This document shows, piece after piece, positions 58,876 to 64,000 of a stretch of 64,000 nt of DNA. Each line of letters begins with the position of its first letter. Position 1 is the stretch's first letter. The position numbers were made by a program, and so were the translations under genes. The notes under the pieces are model-generated. The model was not told the origin of the DNA. It saw only the letters and a program-made list of their open reading frames with translations, and made no database searches. Source of the DNA: an uncultured delta proteobacterium (GTDB lineage: Bacteria > Myxococcota_A > UBA9160 > UBA4427); the NCBI GenBank assembly GCA_963822965.1, contig CAWGJT010000005.1, positions 1,056,001 to 1,120,000 of the forward strand, given 5' to 3'.

Positions 58876-61343
58876 AGGAGAGCCCCGAGCCCCCGAACGA
58901 CGCCGCGCCCGCGCCCCGCGTCGTTCCGCTCCGACAGGCCGACCGGCCCGAGCTCGGCGGCAAGGCGGCGGGTCTCGCACGCCTGATGGCGATGGGCCTG
59001 CCCGTGCCGCCCGGCTTCGTCGTCGTGGGCGCCGCCCCCGGCCGGCTGCCGCCCGATCTCGGCGAGCAGTACGCGAAGATCGGCGGCGGACCCGTGGCCG
59101 TGCGCTCTTCGGCGCTCGGCGAGGACGGCCGGGACGCGAGCTTCGCGGGACAGTACGAGACGCTGCTCGGCGTCGAGGGAGAGGAGGAGCTGGCACGCGC
59201 CGTGGAGCGCTGCCTGGCCTCGCTCGACGGCGCGCGCGCGGCCGCCTATTCCCAGACCGTCTCCGAGCGGGACATCGACGCATCCGAAGCCGCCATGTGC
59301 GTCGTCGTGCAGCGGATGGTGGACGTCCGGGCCGCCGGCGTGCTCTTCACCGTCGACCCCGTCTCGGGAAGACGCAGCCGGGCGGTCATCGACGCCGTTC
59401 GTGGGCTCGGCGAGGCCCTGGTCGGCGGTCACGTCTCGCCCGACCACTACGTGCTCGACCGCACCGGCCGCACCCTCGAAGCGCACCTCGAAGGGGCCGA
59501 GCCCGTCCTCGCGCCGGGCGACCGGGCGGCCCTGCTCGAAGCGGCGCGCGCCGCCGAGGCCCGCGAGGGACACCCGCTCGACCTCGAATGGGCGATCGAT
59601 CGCCAGGAACGCATCTACTGGCTGCAGGCGCGGCCCATCACCCGGCTCGGCGCCGATCCGACGGAGCTCGACACACCGGTGCTGTGGCCAGACCACGTCT
59701 ACACCCGCTGCAACATCGGCGAGATGTTCCCCGGCGCCTGCACGCCGTTGTCGTTCTCATTCACCGCACGGGCCATCGACGTGGGCATGCAGCGCATGCA
59801 CCAGCGCATCGGCATCCAGCGGGGCCTCTCGAAGCACTTCGTCTTCGTGGGGATGTTCTACCGGAATCTCTTCCTGAACCTCACCACCATGGCGGCGACC
59901 GCCACCCAGGCCCTCGGCTCGAGCGCCGACCAGATGGCGCTCTCGATCTGCGGCCGCCCGATCACCGAGCTCGAGATCAAGGCGCAGCCTCCGCCGGCGC
60001 TTCCGCGCCGACTGTTGAACGGCGCGCGCTACGCCCGCTACCTGCTGGGGCAGCGCGCGGCCCGCCGGGGCCTGCGGCGCCTGCGCCGCGATCTCGCGTC
60101 CCTGGGCGACGCACCGCCCCGACCGCCGGACGCACCGCCGGGCGCGGACGATCTGGCGCGCTGCCAGGCCTGGTGGCAGCAGATCGACGCCCGCTTCGAG
60201 GCGATCTACGACGCCATGGACCTGCATCTCGTCTCCTCGGCGGGCTCGGGCGTGCTGACCACCACCTTGCTGGCGGTGATCGCCGGCGGCGAGACGCCCG
60301 ACGACGGCCACCACGCTCGGGTGGCCGCGCTGCTCGCCGGCGCCGAAGGAGTCGAGAGCGCGGACATCGCGGCCGGCGCCGATCGCATCCGCGACGCCGT
60401 CGCCGCGCATCCTCGAGGCGAAGCCCGGGTTGCCAGGGCCTCGGCCGAGGACGCTCTCGCCTGGCTTCGCACACCCGAAGCCGGCGACGCCGGACGCGTG
60501 TTCGCGGACTACCTGGAACGGCACGGTCACCGCACCGTGAAGGAGCTCGAGCTGCGCCAGCCCGAGTGGCGCACGGACCCGCTGCCCCTGGTGAAGTCCA
60601 TCCAGGCCGCCCTGCGCGGTCCCCGGCACGACGCCCACGCGCCCGCCGCCGAGGAGACCGGCGCCCGCCGGAGGGGCGACGGGCTGGGGATCCGCCTGCT
60701 CACCCGGCTCGCGCGCCAGGCGGTCCGCTCCCGGGAGGAGACCAAGAGCGGGCTCGTCGACGTGACCACGCGCTTCAAGGAGGCCTACCGCGGGCTCGGC
60801 GATGCACTCGTCGCGGCGGGCCTGCTGCCCGACGCGGACGCCGTCTTCTTCCTGACCCACGAGGAGCTGGGACGCCTGGTGCGGGGAGAGGATCCGGCCC
60901 TCACCCAGCACGCTCTGGCGCGACGGGAGATCCATCCCTACCTGGACGGCCTGCGCTTCCCCGACGTCTTCGTCGGCGCGGGCGAGCCCGAGCCGGCGCC
61001 GCCGGTCGACCCCGGCGCCACCCGCGTCACCGGTGCCCCGGTGAGCCGCGGCCGCGTGGAGGGGATCGTGCGCGTGGTGCTGCGGCTCGAGGACGCCGAG
61101 GCGCTGCAGGAGGGCGAGATCCTGGTGGCACCCATCACGGACGTGGGCTGGACGCCCTACTTCAGCGTCGTCGCCGGTCTCGTCACCGACGTGGGCAGCG
61201 CCGTCTCCCACGGCGCCGTCGTCGCCCGCGAGTACGGCCTGCCCGCCGTCGTCAACACCCGCAACGCGACGAGCGTCTTCCACACGGGAGACCGGGTGGT
61301 CCTCGACGGCGACCACGGCGTCGTCGAGCGGCGGGAGGCCTGA
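58872..61343 (+). CDS. PEP-utilizing enzyme, rifampicin-phosphotransferase/PigC-like architecture
   Basis: GGKAAGL, AVRSSALGED, SFAGQY, LQARPIT, then middle domain, then C-terminal TDVGWTP...SHGAVVAREYGLPAV His-swivel. Confidence 0.9.
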   Translation: MKESPEPPNDAAPAPRVVPLRQADRPELGGKAAGLARLMAMGLPVPPGFVVVGAAPGRLPPDLGEQYAKIGGGPVAVRSSALGEDGRDASFAGQYETLLGVEGEEELARAVERCLASLDGARAAAYSQTVSERDIDASEAAMCVVVQRMVDVRAAGVLFTVDPVSGRRSRAVIDAVRGLGEALVGGHVSPDHYVLDRTGRTLEAHLEGAEPVLAPGDRAALLEAARAAEAREGHPLDLEWAIDRQERIYWLQARPITRLGADPTELDTPVLWPDHVYTRCNIGEMFPGACTPLSFSFTARAIDVGMQRMHQRIGIQRGLSKHFVFVGMFYRNLFLNLTTMAATATQALGSSADQMALSICGRPITELEIKAQPPPALPRRLLNGARYARYLLGQRAARRGLRRLRRDLASLGDAPPRPPDAPPGADDLARCQAWWQQIDARFEAIYDAMDLHLVSSAGSGVLTTTLLAVIAGGETPDDGHHARVAALLAGAEGVESADIAAGADRIRDAVAAHPRGEARVARASAEDALAWLRTPEAGDAGRVFADYLERHGHRTVKELELRQPEWRTDPLPLVKSIQAALRGPRHDAHAPAAEETGARRRGDGLGIRLLTRLARQAVRSREETKSGLVDVTTRFKEAYRGLGDALVAAGLLPDADAVFFLTHEELGRLVRGEDPALTQHALARREIHPYLDGLRFPDVFVGAGEPEPAPPVDPGATRVTGAPVSRGRVEGIVRVVLRLEDAEALQEGEILVAPITDVGWTPYFSVVAGLVTDVGSAVSHGAVVAREYGLPAVVNTRNATSVFHTGDRVVLDGDHGVVERREA

Positions 61344-61437
61344 CCCGAGGCGTCCCGCGACGCCCCGTCGGTGTTACCCTCGCACCCGGTCGGAGCCATC
61401 CCCGACGGAGTCGGCCCGGCCCCAGGGAGGTGACGTG

Positions 61438-61842
61438 ATGCTCGGACACTGTCTCTGCAATGCCGTTCGGTTCGACGTGGTCGAGGCCACCTCCCTCATC
61501 GGCATGTGCCACTGCTCGAAGTGTCGCCGGGTCTCCGGCGTGGCCTCCAATGCGGAGTTCATGGTGGCCCGGGACAAGCTCCGCTGGGTCGCCGGCGAGC
61601 ACGCGATCACGCGCTTCGCCCTGCCGGACGGCTGGGGCACTGCGTTCTGCTCCACGTGCGGGTCGCCCGTCCCCAAGCTCCATCCGAGCGGCGGCGCGTA
61701 CTGGGTTCCGGCGGGACTCATCGACGACCCTGCCGGACTCCGGGTCGCCGGCCACATCTTCGTCGGCTCGAAGGCACCCTGGGACGAGATCGCGGGGGAC
61801 GCACCCCGCTTCGAGGCAGGCTTCGATTCCGCCCGCGTCTGA
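61438..61842 (+). CDS. GFA (CENP-V) family protein
   Basis: GHCLC, CHCSKCRR, FCSTCGS, HIFVGSKAPW. Confidence 0.92.
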   Translation: MLGHCLCNAVRFDVVEATSLIGMCHCSKCRRVSGVASNAEFMVARDKLRWVAGEHAITRFALPDGWGTAFCSTCGSPVPKLHPSGGAYWVPAGLIDDPAGLRVAGHIFVGSKAPWDEIAGDAPRFEAGFDSARV

Positions 61843-61872
61843 CGAGGGAGCATCTCGTCTATCCTCCCGGCG

Positions 61873-62692
61873 ATGACGAATCCCACCTACGCGACCTCGA
61901 CGCCGAAGATCACGGACCGCGACCCGCTCAGCGACTTCGAGCGCGCGCGAGGTCACCCTGCTCGACCAGACGAAGCGGGTGTTCGTGTCGGGCACCGGGC
62001 CCGCGGTGATCGTGATGGCCGAGATGCCCGGCATCTACGCCCACGTCGCGCGCTTCGCACGCACGGTGCGCGACGCGGGCTTCAGCGTCTGGATGCCGGC
62101 CCTGTTCGGAACCCAGGGCGGACCGGTGACACCCTGGGGTGCCGTCTCGACCATGGTGAAGGGCTGCATCAGCCGCGAGTTCCGCGCCTTCGCGGCGAAC
62201 GCCTCGAGCCCGGTCACCCAGTGGTTGCGGGCGCTGGCCGCCCACGCCCACCCGCTGTGCGGCGGCAAGGGAGTAGGCGCCATCGGGATGTGCTTCACAG
62301 GAAACTTCGCGCTCTCGATGATGCTCGAGCCCGCCATGCTGGCGCCCGTGCTCTCCCAGCCGTCGCTGCCCATGTTCCAGGCGGGCGGCATGCACATCGC
62401 ACCCGACGAGCTCGCAGCCGTGAAGGAGCGCATGGAGCGCGAGGACCTGACGGTGCTCGCCTACCGCTTCGAGGGCGACCGCTTCTGCAAGGCCGAGCGC
62501 TTTGCCGCCTACGAGGCCGCTCTCGGCGACCGCTTCCAGGGCCGCGTGCTCCCCGACTCGGCGGCGCTTCCCGGCACGCCCATGCGGCCCCACAGCGTGG
62601 TGACCCTCCACCTGATCGACCGCGAGGGCGAGCCGACGCGCGCCGCGCTCGACGAGATCCTGGGCTTCTTCACCACCCGGTTGAAGGAATAG
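61873..62692 (+). CDS. Dienelactone hydrolase family protein, apparent frameshift near 61950
   Basis: DPLSDFER continues in another frame into GPAVIVMAEMPG; GMCFTG nucleophile, HSVVT. Confidence 0.88.
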
Positions 62693-62763
62693 GAGTCCGA
62701 CCCGAGACGGGGTGGGGTCGACGCCGAGCCCGTCCAGGGGATCCGCCGGCCGGCACGAGAGAC

Positions 62764-64000
62764 TCAGACGGCGCAGCCGGCTCGGGCGCCCTCCAACACG
62801 GCCTTCTGGACGAGGCCCAGGCCCGTGCAGTCGCCAACGGCGTGTAGCGCGGGAACGCGGCCGACGAGGGCGTCGTGGAAGCGGGTGTCGGGCTCGACGC
62901 CGCCCGCCAGGATCACACTGTCCGCGAGCACCGGGACCTCGCGGCCCGAAGGGCGGCGCAGCACCACGGCGTGGCTGCGGATGCAGGCGATCTCCACCTC
63001 GGTGTTGAGCGGCACGCCGAGCCGGTCGAGCCGGTCGAGGTGCTCGCTGCGCCGCTTGCCGCCGACCTCGGGCGCCACCTGGCCGCCGATCTCGAGCAGG
63101 CTCACGCGACGGCCGCGCTCGGCGAGGAACTCCGCCAGCTCGAGGGCCGCGAGGTCGGCGCCCACGATGACGACACGATGACCGAGGGGCATCCAGGCGC
63201 GGGTCGCGCTCCGCAGCAGCCCGGGCCCCAGCCAGCGTCCCGCCGGACCGTCCAGCAGCCGAGCCGCCCGCCGCTGCCAGCCGGGCAGCTTCGCGGCGGC
63301 CGACGCGGAGGGGCGGCCGGCCAGCAGCTCGCGCAGCAGCGCGCCCGTGAGAACGTGGGGCGCGTCGTCACCGGGGATGGAGGGCGCAACGACGCGGCCC
63401 CCGGTGGCGACGACGACCGCATCGGGCACCGCGCGCACCACGTCTTCGGGCGTGACCTCGCTGCCCGTGTGCACGTCGACACCGAGCCGGCGCACCTCGG
63501 CGGTCAGGTAGTCGAGGAAGGGCTCGTTCTCCGGGTGCACGGCGGCCGCGAAGAGCAGGGCTCCCCCGAGCCGCTGACCGCGCTCGTGCAGGGTCACCCG
63601 GTGACCGCGCAGCGCCGCCACCCGCGCGGCCTCGAGCCCGCCGGGACCCCCGCCCACCACGACCACGTGCTTGCGCAGGGACGACCACGCGGGGGTGAGC
63701 TCCTCCTCCCGGCCGGTGGCGGCGTTCACCGCGCAGTCCATCGCCATCCGCGTCTCCATGGCGTCGATGCAGTTCTGGCACGAGATGCAGGGGCGCAGCT
63801 CGGCGAGCCTGCCCGAGCGGACCTTCTCGGGAAGCTCCGGGTCGGCGAGCAGCGGCCGCCCCATGGCGACCAGATCCGCGCTGCCCTCCTGCAGGATCCT
63901 CTCGGCGAGCCGGGGATCGTGGATGCGGCCGACGGCGATCACCGGCACCTCGACGGCCCGCTTCACGGCGGCGGCCGCCGCCACGTTGAGACCGTCGGGA
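62764..64000 (-). CDS. NADH:flavin oxidoreductase / 2,4-dienoyl-CoA reductase-like (5' end outside window)
   Basis: MGRPLLADPELP, CISCQNC, VVGGGPGGLEAA, VGDC. Confidence 0.92.
   Translation of the reverse strand, partial: PDGLNVAAAAAVKRAVEVPVIAVGRIHDPRLAERILQEGSADLVAMGRPLLADPELPEKVRSGRLAELRPCISCQNCIDAMETRMAMDCAVNAATGREEELTPAWSSLRKHVVVVGGGPGGLEAARVAALRGHRVTLHERGQRLGGALLFAAAVHPENEPFLDYLTAEVRRLGVDVHTGSEVTPEDVVRAVPDAVVVATGGRVVAPSIPGDDAPHVLTGALLRELLAGRPSASAAAKLPGWQRRAARLLDGPAGRWLGPGLLRSATRAWMPLGHRVVIVGADLAALELAEFLAERGRRVSLLEIGGQVAPEVGGKRRSEHLDRLDRLGVPLNTEVEIACIRSHAVVLRRPSGREVPVLADSVILAGGVEPDTRFHDALVGRVPALHAVGDCTGLGLVQKAVLEGARAGCAV

Noticed and set aside
58872..61343. Definite rifampicin resistance gene (rph)
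   Set aside because: Architecture matches but substrate-pocket identity cannot be judged by eye, and I see no rifamycin-associated palindrome upstream

Overview
High-GC (~70%), gene-dense bacterial chromosome segment with about 65 CDSs and no rRNA, tRNA, CRISPR array, transposase or integrase that I can support. A LolC/E permease, OM beta-barrels, a PEP-CTERM protein and sigma54 systems indicate a diderm. Together with Actinobacteria-like LLM/F420-type oxidoreductases and a type-2 ValRS, this suggests a Myxococcota/deltaproteobacterial-like lineage (inference). Most content is lipid/xenobiotic redox metabolism and cell-envelope modification (STT3-like oligosaccharyltransferase, GT-C, MBOAT/SGNH pair, carbamoyltransferase cluster). 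Main highlights: (1) a sigma54-promoter-driven operon of two paralogous 2-TM histidine kinases, an NtrC-type activator and PspA/IM30, which looks like a Psp/Lia-like envelope-stress module without PspF/B/C; (2) a ferritin-like + SxtJ/SxtI/SxtK-like + Trm112-methyltransferase + SGNH cluster; (3) a TetR-coupled sphingomyelin-synthase-like gene behind a perfect 16-bp operator; (4) an STT3 protein with a degenerate WWDYG motif preceded by a 4x20-bp tandem repeat; (5) a solo AmmeMemoRadiSam enzyme with a sigma54 promoter; (6) 31-bp palindromic inverted repeats flanking a SnoaL gene. Frameshifts in valS and three other genes are most likely long-read indel errors. Product calls come from motif recognition by eye, not database searches, and several start codons are estimates.
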